From a virus (Duplodnaviria; Caudoviricetes): a stretch of DNA of 42,306 nucleotides. The DNA lies in IMG/VR virus record IMGVR_UViG_3300020571_000010, positions 1-42,306 of that record, one strand, 5' to 3'. The notes below the pieces were generated by a model. It made no database searches, had not been told where the DNA came from, and saw only the letters and a program-made list of their open reading frames with translations. This document shows, piece by piece, positions 1 to 8,469 of this stretch; positions within the stretch are counted from its first letter, which is position 1; each line of letters begins with the position of its first letter. The position numbers and the translations under genes were made by a program.

Positions 1-40
1 CTGTGGAGAAGTTGGAGAAAATTGTTTTGAAGGAGAAGCC

Positions 41-523
41 GTGAGAAAGCGTAGCAAGTACAAACCCCGGCAGATCATCCCGGACACCATGACGTGGGTG
101 CGTGCGGGCCTGAAAAAAGTTGACGAGATCAGCGCAGGCACCACGCTCAAAATCCGCAACCACGATGCCATGAACAACCTGCGCCTTGGCGTGGCCGCGC
201 GATTTGACATTGACGCGCTCATTGACGCTGCGAACATCACCGAAGCGCTGGCCAATCGAGGCATAGGTGAGGACTGGAAGCCGGAGATACGCGCTGGGCA
301 AGATGCCATCCTTGCACTGGCCCGCCGGGGTGTGGCCAACAGCTTCCGGTTTGTCGCCAAAGGCCCTGAGCTTGTGGCTTTGAACCTGCTCATTGAGGTT
401 CATGATGCGCAGCTTGAGACCGTGACCGTCAAGCAGCTTGAGACCGCCATGGCCGATGTCATGGAGAGCTTGCGCTTGAAGAAGATGCGGCCCATAGTGG
501 AGCGCCCCCATGCAGGTTCTTGA
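41..523 (+). CDS. hypothetical phage protein (160 aa)
   Basis: GTG start after AAGGAG SD; GC3-biased codons; overlaps next ORF. Confidence 0.75.
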   Translation: MRKRSKYKPRQIIPDTMTWVRAGLKKVDEISAGTTLKIRNHDAMNNLRLGVAARFDIDALIDAANITEALANRGIGEDWKPEIRAGQDAILALARRGVANSFRFVAKGPELVALNLLIEVHDAQLETVTVKQLETAMADVMESLRLKKMRPIVERPHAGS

Positions 524-800
524 CCTCGTTCAATTCGATCCTACCCGCAACTGTTTTGTTCTGAAAGGTGATATGCAAAACTACCCACCCAAGTGGCCCG
601 ACGGCACTCCGAAGTCCACCACCAATGTGTTTAACTGGCGCACAGACGCGCCGTCCACCGCGCCCAAAAAGCCACCCCTCAACGCACGAGCGAAAGACTT
701 GAACTCCCATGGCGACTTCCACACCACCACCAAACTCAACGCTGCGCGCATCCCCTACGGCCGCTCAGGAAAGTTCAAAGACCTCACTGCCAAAATATGA
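510..800 (+). CDS. hypothetical protein (96 aa)
   Basis: ATG after GGAG; overlaps previous gene; part of tightly packed + operon. Confidence 0.6.
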   Translation: MQVLDLVQFDPTRNCFVLKGDMQNYPPKWPDGTPKSTTNVFNWRTDAPSTAPKKPPLNARAKDLNSHGDFHTTTKLNAARIPYGRSGKFKDLTAKI

Positions 801-856
801 TTCGACGTGGCCCTTCCGCGTCGTCTATGGCACCATCCCCACCCTGAAAGAAAACC

Positions 857-1108
857 ATGAGCCAAATTGAAATGTTCCCCGACCTGCAGGCTAGTGCGCT
901 TGACGTGCAAGTTGCTGGCGACCACTACAAAACGCTGGCTATCCAGCCTGTTGAGTACATCCATGCCAACAAGATTGGCTACTTCGAGGGCAACGTGATC
1001 AAATACGTGTCCCGCTGGCGCAGCAAGAACGGCATCAAAGACTTGGAAAAAGCCAAGCACTACATTGAGCTGCTGATCGAATTGGAGACCCGCCATGGCA
1101 ACGCCTGA
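857..1108 (+). CDS. DUF3310 (SaV-like) domain protein
   Basis: QVAGDHY..IQPVEYI..GNVIKYVSRW..KNG..DLEKA.HY signature. Confidence 0.9.
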   Translation: MSQIEMFPDLQASALDVQVAGDHYKTLAIQPVEYIHANKIGYFEGNVIKYVSRWRSKNGIKDLEKAKHYIELLIELETRHGNA

Positions 1109-1474
1109 AAGCCTTGTAAAGAAAAAAATCCATGCGATCCTTAAGGAGCGCGGGGCGTACGCCGTCAACTACATCGGCGGCATCTCCGCCAACAACGGCA
1201 CGCCGGACATCCTTGCGTGCCTCCACGGGCGGTTCGTTGCGATCGAGGCCAAGGCTGGCAAGAACAAGCCAACCGACCTGCAAACTCTTAACCTTAAAAG
1301 AATTGACGATGCGGGGGGCCTTGCGTTCGTCATCAACGAAACCAACCTGAGTGTGCTGGAGGTGATGCTCGATGACCCGACCCACGCCCGATCCAATTAC
1401 AAGCTTTTTGCAAAGCCACTCACCGAAGCTGACGCCGGAGCAAGAGCGCCAACTAAACGCAAACCTAAAGAGGC

Positions 1475-1478
<4 letters not shown>
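1095..1478 (+). CDS. VRR-NUC domain nuclease (resolvase-like)
   Basis: TPE..VK; G.PDILAC..GRFVAIEAKAG..KPT.LQ; PD-(D/E)XK core. Confidence 0.9.
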
Positions 1479-1995
<517 letters not shown>

Positions 1996-1999
<4 letters not shown>

Positions 2000-3885
2000 A
2001 GCTCATTACGATCGATCTGGAGACGTACTACAGCGCGGACTTCGGGTTCTCCAAACTCACGACGGAAGAGTACGTGCGGGACCCGCGCTGGGAGACCATC
2101 GGGTTCTCCTACAAAGTCAACGACGGCCCAACGCAGTGGGTGCCCCGGCCCTACGTGACATCGGTACTGGCCAGCATCGACTGGTCCGATGCCATGGTCG
2201 TGGCGCAGAACACCGCGTTTGACGGTGCGGTCTTGGCGTGGCACTACGGCGTCAACCCGATGGCGTGGGTGGACATCATGGGCATGTCCCGTGCGCTGTA
2301 CCCTCATGAGAAGTCGCACAGCCTCAAGGCGCAGGCCGAGCGCGCCGGTGTGGGGGTCAAGGGCGACGAGGTGGACGCCGCCAAGGGCAAACGCTACGCC
2401 GACTTCACCAGCACTGAGCTGGCCCGGTATGGCGCGTACTGCAGCAACGACGTGGCGCTGACCTACGACCTGTTCATGCGGTACATGGGCATGGGCTTCC
2501 CCAAGCAGGAGCTCAAGCTGATTGACCTGACGCTGCGCATGTTCATCGACCCCGTGCTGGAGCTGGACGCAGTGCAACTGGCGGAGCATCTGGAGTCGGT
2601 CAAGGAGAGCAAGGTAACACTCCTCGAATCCGTGCGGGACTACATGCTCAAGGACGCAGACCCCGAGTATGTGCACGCCATCTACACCGAGGGCACCGCA
2701 GGCCTCAAAACGCTGCTCATGTCCAACGACAAGTTCGCGCTGGCCCTGCGGTCACTGGGCATCGAGCCCCCCACCAAGATCAGCCCCGCCACCAAAAAGA
2801 CGGCATGGGCATTTGCCAAAACAGACGAAGCGTTCAAGGCGCTGCAGGAGCATGAAGATGAGCGAGTACAAGCGTTGGTGGCTGCCCGACTCGGGAATAA
2901 AACCACACTGGAGGAAACTCGTACGGAGCGTTTTATTGGGATGGCTCGTCGCGGCAAGTTTCCGGTTCCTCTGCGTTACTACGGTGCTCATTCTGGTCGT
3001 TGGTCTGGCCAAGATTCTGTAAACCTGCAGAACCTGCCGTCGCGCGGCGCGAACGCTGGCAAGATCAAGAAAGCCATCAGGGCCCCCAAGGGCTACGTGG
3101 TGATCGATTGCGACTCTGCGCAGATCGAAGCGCGAGTGCTGGCGTGGCTGGCCGGGCAGGAAAATCTGGTGCAGGCGTTCCGCGACAAGCACGATGTGTA
3201 CAAGCTCATGGCCACACAGATTTACGGCATCCGCATGGAGGACGTGACCAAGACCCAGCGCCAAGTTGGCAAGACCGTGGTATTGGGTGCAGGCTATGGC
3301 GTCGGCCACGTCAAGCTGCAGATGTTCCTCAAGACCCAAGCTGGGGTCGAGGTCCCGCTGGAGGAGGCCAAGCGCATCATCGATACCTACCGCAGCAGCG
3401 CGTTCTGCATTGCTCAGTTCTGGCGCTCCGCTGGTGACGCGCTCAAGGCGCTGCTGACTGGTCAGACCATGCAGCTTGACGCTGTGGGGTTGATCCGCGC
3501 AGTGCCCGGCAAGGGTTTGACATTGCCCAACGGGCTGCACATCCAGTACCCCGGCTTGCGCGAGGTGCCCAACCCCGACACCGGCAAGTTTGAGATGGTC
3601 TACACCTCCAAGGGGCTGCCGGTACGCATCTACGGCGGGAAGGTCGTGGAGAACATCTGTCAGGCTGTGGCCCGCCAGATCGTGGCCGAGCAGATGCTGC
3701 GGGTGTCCAAGCGGTACAAGGTCGTGCTGACGGTGCATGACGCTGTGGCCATCGTTGCCAAGAAGGAAGAAGCCGACGAGGCCCAAGCCTATCTGGAGGA
3801 GTGCATGAGCTGGAATCCCAAGTGGGCGGTGGGCTTGCCCCTGTCGTGTGAATCTGGTGTGGGAGCGAGTTATGGCGACTGCTAA
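1996..3885 (+). CDS. polA: phage DNA polymerase family A with 3'-5' exonuclease
   Basis: ExoI DLET, ExoII NTAFD, ExoIII YCSND; motif A DSAQIEARV, motif B RQVGKTVVLGAGYG, motif C VHD. Confidence 0.97.
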
Positions 3886-4126
3886 GGAAATAAAAGATCG
3901 TGCCCATGTGCGGTTCATGCAAGCCGGGTTCTTGCGATTGCAAGGAATGACATACGCCGCTATCGGTCTGCAAATGGGCGTAAGCGCGGCCCGTGCGCGG
4001 GAACTTGCGCAGAAATTTGACCGGAACTGCCAATGGACCGCCCGATACGGCGGCTTAAAACCGCACGAGTACATGGAGCTGGAACCCGTCCAAGATTGGC
4101 TTACAGTGTTGGCCAAGGACTGGTAA
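3872..4126 (+). CDS. small HTH protein (sigma70 region 4-like)
   Basis: LRLQGMTYAAIGLQMGVSAARAREL HTH pattern; ATG 3872 after GGGAG. Confidence 0.65.
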   Translation: MATAKEIKDRAHVRFMQAGFLRLQGMTYAAIGLQMGVSAARARELAQKFDRNCQWTARYGGLKPHEYMELEPVQDWLTVLAKDW

Positions 4127-4160
4127 ACTGGGGGTTCAAACAAACCTCCGGTTCACTTCT

Positions 4161-4823
4161 ATGGCACTTGCACATTCCTATTCGTCCGTCAAAGACTACG
4201 AGGGCTGCGCCCGTCGTTATCACGAAGTCCGTATCCTTAAAAAATTCAAGTCGCAAGACACGCAAGCAACCCTTTATGGCACCGCAGTACACAAAGCCTT
4301 TGAAGACTACATCAAAGACGGCACCCCACTACCCGAACAGTTCGCACAGTTCCACCCATTTGTCGAGCCTCTTGCCGCCGTTGACGGAGAAATCCGCTGC
4401 GAGGACCGTATGGCGATCCGAGTTGACTTTAGCCCGTGTGGCTTTTTTGACAAAGACGTATGGTTCCGGGGCATACCGGACTATCTCGCCATCAGCACAT
4501 CCGGCAAGACCGCACGAGTAGCCGACTACAAGACCGGCAAGTCCAGCCGCTACGCAGACACCGCACAGCTCGAACTCATGGCCGCTATGGTCATGCTGCA
4601 CCACCCCACGGTGATGACGGTCAAAGGCGCGTTGCTGTTCGTAGTGGTTGGCGACATCATCAAAGCTGAGTACACTCGTGCGCAACTCCCCGAGATTCTG
4701 TCAAAGTGGGCAGGCAGAGCCGGGGCCATCGAGAGGGCTGTTGAGGTGGGGGTGTGGAATCCCCGCAGTTCGGCCCTTTGCAAATTCTGCCCCGTCTCTT
4801 CATGCGAGCACCATCATGGCTGA
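4161..4823 (+). CDS. PD-(D/E)XK Cas4/AddB-like exonuclease
   Basis: SYSS..CARRY, GTAVH, GIPD, DYKTGK, QL, C-terminal CKFC..C (Fe-S staple pattern). Confidence 0.92.
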   Translation: MALAHSYSSVKDYEGCARRYHEVRILKKFKSQDTQATLYGTAVHKAFEDYIKDGTPLPEQFAQFHPFVEPLAAVDGEIRCEDRMAIRVDFSPCGFFDKDVWFRGIPDYLAISTSGKTARVADYKTGKSSRYADTAQLELMAAMVMLHHPTVMTVKGALLFVVVGDIIKAEYTRAQLPEILSKWAGRAGAIERAVEVGVWNPRSSALCKFCPVSSCEHHHG

Positions 4824-5103
4824 GAAAAAACGCGACTACGCCGCTGAGTACAAAAACTATCAGGGCACACCCAAGCAGCTCAAGGCACAGTCTGAGCGCC
4901 ACAAGGCCCGCAGGGCTTATGAGAATGCCAACGGCACCCTGCCGGACACCGTGGATGTGCACCACAAGAAGGCCATGTCCAAGGGCGGCACAAACCATGC
5001 CTCCAATCTGGCAGCCATGCACGAGACAAAGAACACCAGCTTCGCGCGCAAGAAGGACGGCTCCATGAAGTCCGAAATTTCCAAGCGCGAGCGCAAAAAG
5101 TAA
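4816..5103 (+). CDS. HNH endonuclease family protein
   Basis: DVHHKKAMSKGGTN..SNL..N motif; ATG 4816 overlaps upstream gene. Confidence 0.85.
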   Translation: MAEKKRDYAAEYKNYQGTPKQLKAQSERHKARRAYENANGTLPDTVDVHHKKAMSKGGTNHASNLAAMHETKNTSFARKKDGSMKSEISKRERKK

Positions 5104-5112
5104 TGTAGGATT

Positions 5113-5188
5113 TAGGCGTCGAGCAATCGACGTTCATGGGTTTCTCCAGTTGAGGATTAGCCGGGTAGGCAACTACCCGGCTTCTTTT
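5113..5188 (+). ncRNA. candidate small RNA: two GCAA-tetraloop hairpins flanking an anti-SD/anti-AUG segment
   Basis: ggcgtcga-GCAA-tcgacgtt (5115-5134), then catgggtttctcc, then terminator hairpin. Confidence 0.45.
5159..5188 (+). terminator. intrinsic terminator
   Basis: agccgggtag-GCAA-ctacccggct, 10-bp perfect stem followed by tctttt. Confidence 0.8.
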
Positions 5189-5219
5189 GCCGTCTATTCA
5201 CTTTTCATTCACACAAATC

Positions 5220-6779
5220 ATGCAGATCATTCAAGACAAAGCGCTGCTGTTCAACACGCGCAAAGCAGGGCAGATCACTGCCATCATCCCCAAGAGCAAA
5301 GTCGTGGCCACCAACGGCGACGTCGATCAGCTGCTGGTCAATTGGGGCTTTGACGAGGTGCAACTGCTGCGCAACATGGGCATCAAAGATGTCCCCAGCC
5401 CCATCCTCGGGCGGTACGCGTGGCCCGGCATGTACACCCCGTTCGACCACCAGCGCAACACTGCGGAGTTCCTCACCCTGCACACCCGATGCTTCGTGTT
5501 CAACGAGGCCGGGACCGGCAAGACAAGCGCCGCTGCGTGGGCTGCCGACTACCTCATGACGCAAGGCAAGGTCAAGCGCGTGCTGATCGTGTGCCCCGTG
5601 TCCATCATGGAGACTGCGTGGCGCTCGGACCTGTTCAAGACGTTGATGCACCGCACTGCTGCCATTGCGCAGGGCACTCGCACGCAACGCCAAAGCATCA
5701 TCGCGGGTGACTACGAGTTCGTGATCATCAACTTCGACGGCGTGAAGGTCGTTGCCGACGAGCTGGCCAAGGGCGGGTTCGATCTGGTCATTGTGGACGA
5801 GGCCAACGCCATCAAGAACGTGCAGACTGACCGGTGGAAGTGCCTCGCCTCGCTGATCACTCCAAGCACACGCCTGTGGATGATGACGGGCACCCCGGCA
5901 TCGCAGTCCCCACTCGACGCCTATGGGTTGGCCAAGCTGGTGAACCCCGACGCAGTGCCGCGCTTCTTCGGCGCGTTCCGTGACCGCGTGATGATTAAGA
6001 TGTCGCAGTATCGGTGGGTGCCGCGCCAAGACGCCCAGCCCATCGTGCACCAAGTCCTGCAGCCCGCCATACGGTTCACCAAAGCAGAGTGTCTCGACCT
6101 GCCCGACATGCTGTACTCGACCCGCGAGGTGCCGCTGACACCGCAGCAGACCAAGTACTATGACGCAATACGCAAGCAAATGGCGGTCATCGCTGCTGGT
6201 GCTGAAGTCACGGCCGTCAACGCCGCGTCCATGCTCAACAAGCTCCTGCAGATTTCGCAAGGCGCTGTGTACACCGACGACAGAGACGTGGTTGAGTTCG
6301 ACGTAGACAACCGGGTCAACGAACTGCTCGATGTGATCGCTGGGACCAACGAGAAGGTGCTCGTGTTCGTGCCGTACCGGCACACACTGGAGATGGTGGA
6401 GGACCGCATTGCCAAGGCCGGGTACACCACGGCATCCATCCACGGCGGCGTGGCCGCGAACAAGCGCGCTGACATCATCAAGGGCTTTCAAACGGAAGAC
6501 GACCCGCGCATCCTCGTGATGGTGCCGCAGGCTACAGCCCACGGGATTACCCTAACTCGGGCCAACCAAGTCGTGTGGTGGGGGCCGGTATCATCCACGG
6601 AAATCTACATCCAAGCCAACGCCCGCGCCCACCGCGCCGGGCAGAAGAACTGCGTAACCGTTACGCACCTGCAGGGCAGCCCCGTCGAGCGGCGCATGTA
6701 CACACTGCTGCAGGGAAAGATCGATCTGCATCAGGCGCTGGTCGATCTGTACAAACAAGTGCTTGACGACAAAGTTTGA
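5220..6779 (+). CDS. SNF2-family (SF2) helicase
   Basis: EAGTGKT, IVDEA, MTGTP, HGITLT, QANARAHRAGQ motifs. Confidence 0.95.
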   Translation: MQIIQDKALLFNTRKAGQITAIIPKSKVVATNGDVDQLLVNWGFDEVQLLRNMGIKDVPSPILGRYAWPGMYTPFDHQRNTAEFLTLHTRCFVFNEAGTGKTSAAAWAADYLMTQGKVKRVLIVCPVSIMETAWRSDLFKTLMHRTAAIAQGTRTQRQSIIAGDYEFVIINFDGVKVVADELAKGGFDLVIVDEANAIKNVQTDRWKCLASLITPSTRLWMMTGTPASQSPLDAYGLAKLVNPDAVPRFFGAFRDRVMIKMSQYRWVPRQDAQPIVHQVLQPAIRFTKAECLDLPDMLYSTREVPLTPQQTKYYDAIRKQMAVIAAGAEVTAVNAASMLNKLLQISQGAVYTDDRDVVEFDVDNRVNELLDVIAGTNEKVLVFVPYRHTLEMVEDRIAKAGYTTASIHGGVAANKRADIIKGFQTEDDPRILVMVPQATAHGITLTRANQVVWWGPVSSTEIYIQANARAHRAGQKNCVTVTHLQGSPVERRMYTLLQGKIDLHQALVDLYKQVLDDKV

Positions 6780-6790
6780 CAGTGTATAAT
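6763..6790 (+). promoter_or_regulatory. sigma70-type promoter
   Basis: TTGACG (6763-6768), 16-nt spacer, TATAAT (6785-6790), upstream of the 6825 gene. Confidence 0.8.
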
Positions 6791-6824
6791 TTAATTTCGT
6801 TCAACGTAAATCAAAAGGAACCCC

Positions 6825-7241
6825 ATGAGCACCGAAACAGAAACCCCCAAGCCGATCGACGCTCAGAAGCTGGTGAGCGTCTACATCAAAATCCGTGACG
6901 CCAAAGCCGCCAAGACCAAGGAGATGGAAGCTGAGATTGCTGTGCTCGACACGCAGTTGGAGACCATCGAGACTGAGCTGCTGGAGCTGTGCAAGGCCAC
7001 TGGCCAAGATGGCGGCAAGACACAATTCGGATCGTTTCGACGGTCCATCAAGACGCGTTACTGGACGTCCGATTGGGATGCCATGTACCGCTTCATCAAA
7101 GAACACGACGCCCCGCAACTGCTGGAGCGCCGCGTAAGTCAGACCACCTTCAAGGAATTCTTGCAGGAGAACCCTGACAAACTGCCCGAAGGTATGAACG
7201 TAGATTCCCGCTACGCGATTACCGTAACCCGTGCCCGTTAA
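6825..7241 (+). CDS. conserved-looking replication-module protein (N-terminal coiled coil)
   Basis: AAGGA SD; heptad pattern followed by DWDAMYRFI; directly behind a consensus promoter. Confidence 0.8.
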   Translation: MSTETETPKPIDAQKLVSVYIKIRDAKAAKTKEMEAEIAVLDTQLETIETELLELCKATGQDGGKTQFGSFRRSIKTRYWTSDWDAMYRFIKEHDAPQLLERRVSQTTFKEFLQENPDKLPEGMNVDSRYAITVTRAR

Positions 7242-7256
7242 ACCTAGGAAATCAAC

Positions 7257-8162
7257 ATGAGCAATATGACACTTTTCAAATCCGGTTCCGTCGTTCCTGA
7301 CTATCTGCGCGAAGCCGCAGACTCCACAACCAAAGACATTGCAGGCTCCTCTGGCGGCAAGCAAATTTCCATCAAGGGCGGCGTATGGCGCATGGTGGTG
7401 GGCGGCGAAGAGGTCGCCAAGAACGAAGATCGCGCCATGAACTTGGTGGTGATCTCTGCCGGTAAGGGCGTGTCCCGCACGTTCTACGCTGAGAAATACG
7501 AAGAAGGCAAAGACATCAAGCCCGCGTGCTGGTCGGCCGAAGGCGTTGTGCCCAACGAAGAAGTCACCGAGCCACAAGGCAAGACCTGCGCTACCTGCCC
7601 ACAAAACATTGAGGGCTCCGGTGACGGCAAGTCCCGCGCCTGCCGATACAGCAAGCGTTTGGCTGTGGCTTTGGAGAGCGATATCGGTGGCAACATCTAC
7701 CGCCTGTCGGTTCCCGCCAAGTCGTATTTCGGCAAGGCCGAAGGCGACAAGATGCCTCTGCAGGCCTACGGCAAGTTCCTGTCTGGCCACGGTATCCCAA
7801 TCACTGGTGTGGTGACCGAAGCTCGCTTTGACACTGCCGAAGCTGTGCCGGTGCTGAAGTTCCGCGCTGTGCGCCCACTGACGCAAGAAGAGTGGACGCT
7901 GGCCAAGGAGCAGAGCCAGACCGAAGAAGCCATGCAGGCGGTCGAGTTCAAGATGGTGCCAAGCAAGAAGGAAAACCAGCCGGCGCTGCCCGCAGCGTTT
8001 AAGGACGCCGACGTGCCCGCCAAGGCCGCTCCCGAGAAGGTGGAGGCCGAAGAGGTTGCTGAGCCCGTCAAGCGCCCCGCCAAGGCAAAAGCCGAAGCAA
8101 CCCCTGCTGCATCCAAGAACGTGGCTGACATCCTGAACGACTGGTCGACCGACGATGAGTGA
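7257..8162 (+). CDS. putative ssDNA-binding/annealing protein
   Basis: position in replication module; CxxC...C; Ala/Pro/Lys linker; acidic tail WSTDDE. Confidence 0.65.
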   Translation: MSNMTLFKSGSVVPDYLREAADSTTKDIAGSSGGKQISIKGGVWRMVVGGEEVAKNEDRAMNLVVISAGKGVSRTFYAEKYEEGKDIKPACWSAEGVVPNEEVTEPQGKTCATCPQNIEGSGDGKSRACRYSKRLAVALESDIGGNIYRLSVPAKSYFGKAEGDKMPLQAYGKFLSGHGIPITGVVTEARFDTAEAVPVLKFRAVRPLTQEEWTLAKEQSQTEEAMQAVEFKMVPSKKENQPALPAAFKDADVPAKAAPEKVEAEEVAEPVKRPAKAKAEATPAASKNVADILNDWSTDDE

Positions 8163-8403
8163 GCGAACCCGAGGGTACGACTCCCTATTCATCCGCAGGG
8201 TAGAAGACGCTGATCAGAAGCCCACTGTTATGCAGTTGGCGGATGCATGCATCGAGAAAAACGTGGCGATCACTGACGTGGCTGCCATGTTCGGTGTGTC
8301 GCGCGCGACCATCTACAACTGGATGACTGGCCGGACCTCACCGCACCCTCGGCACATGGCGCTTATCCCGAAGATCACAGCCCGCTTGCTCAAGCGTAAG
8401 TGA
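8155..8403 (+). CDS. Cro/C1-type HTH protein
   Basis: ITDVAAMFGVSRATIYNWMTGRTSP. Confidence 0.85.
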   Translation: MSERTRGYDSLFIRRVEDADQKPTVMQLADACIEKNVAITDVAAMFGVSRATIYNWMTGRTSPHPRHMALIPKITARLLKRK

Positions 8404-8414
8404 TCGCGCCCAGC

Positions 8415-8446
8415 GGGGCGGCAGGACAACCTGCCGCCCCTTTTTT
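8415..8446 (+). terminator. intrinsic terminator
   Basis: ggggcggcagg-acaa-cctgccgcccc followed by T6. Confidence 0.9.
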
Positions 8447-8469
8447 GTTCCAGTTACCCGTGAGGTTAT

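Noticed and set aside
4161-4823. Cas4-like nuclease as sign of a CRISPR system
   Set aside because: No repeat-spacer array or other cas genes seen; solo Cas4-like nucleases are routine in phage replication modules.
5148-5155. AGUUGAGG in the candidate sRNA complementary to the decoration-gene leader (41832-41839)
   Set aside because: An 8-nt match is expected by chance in 42 kb.
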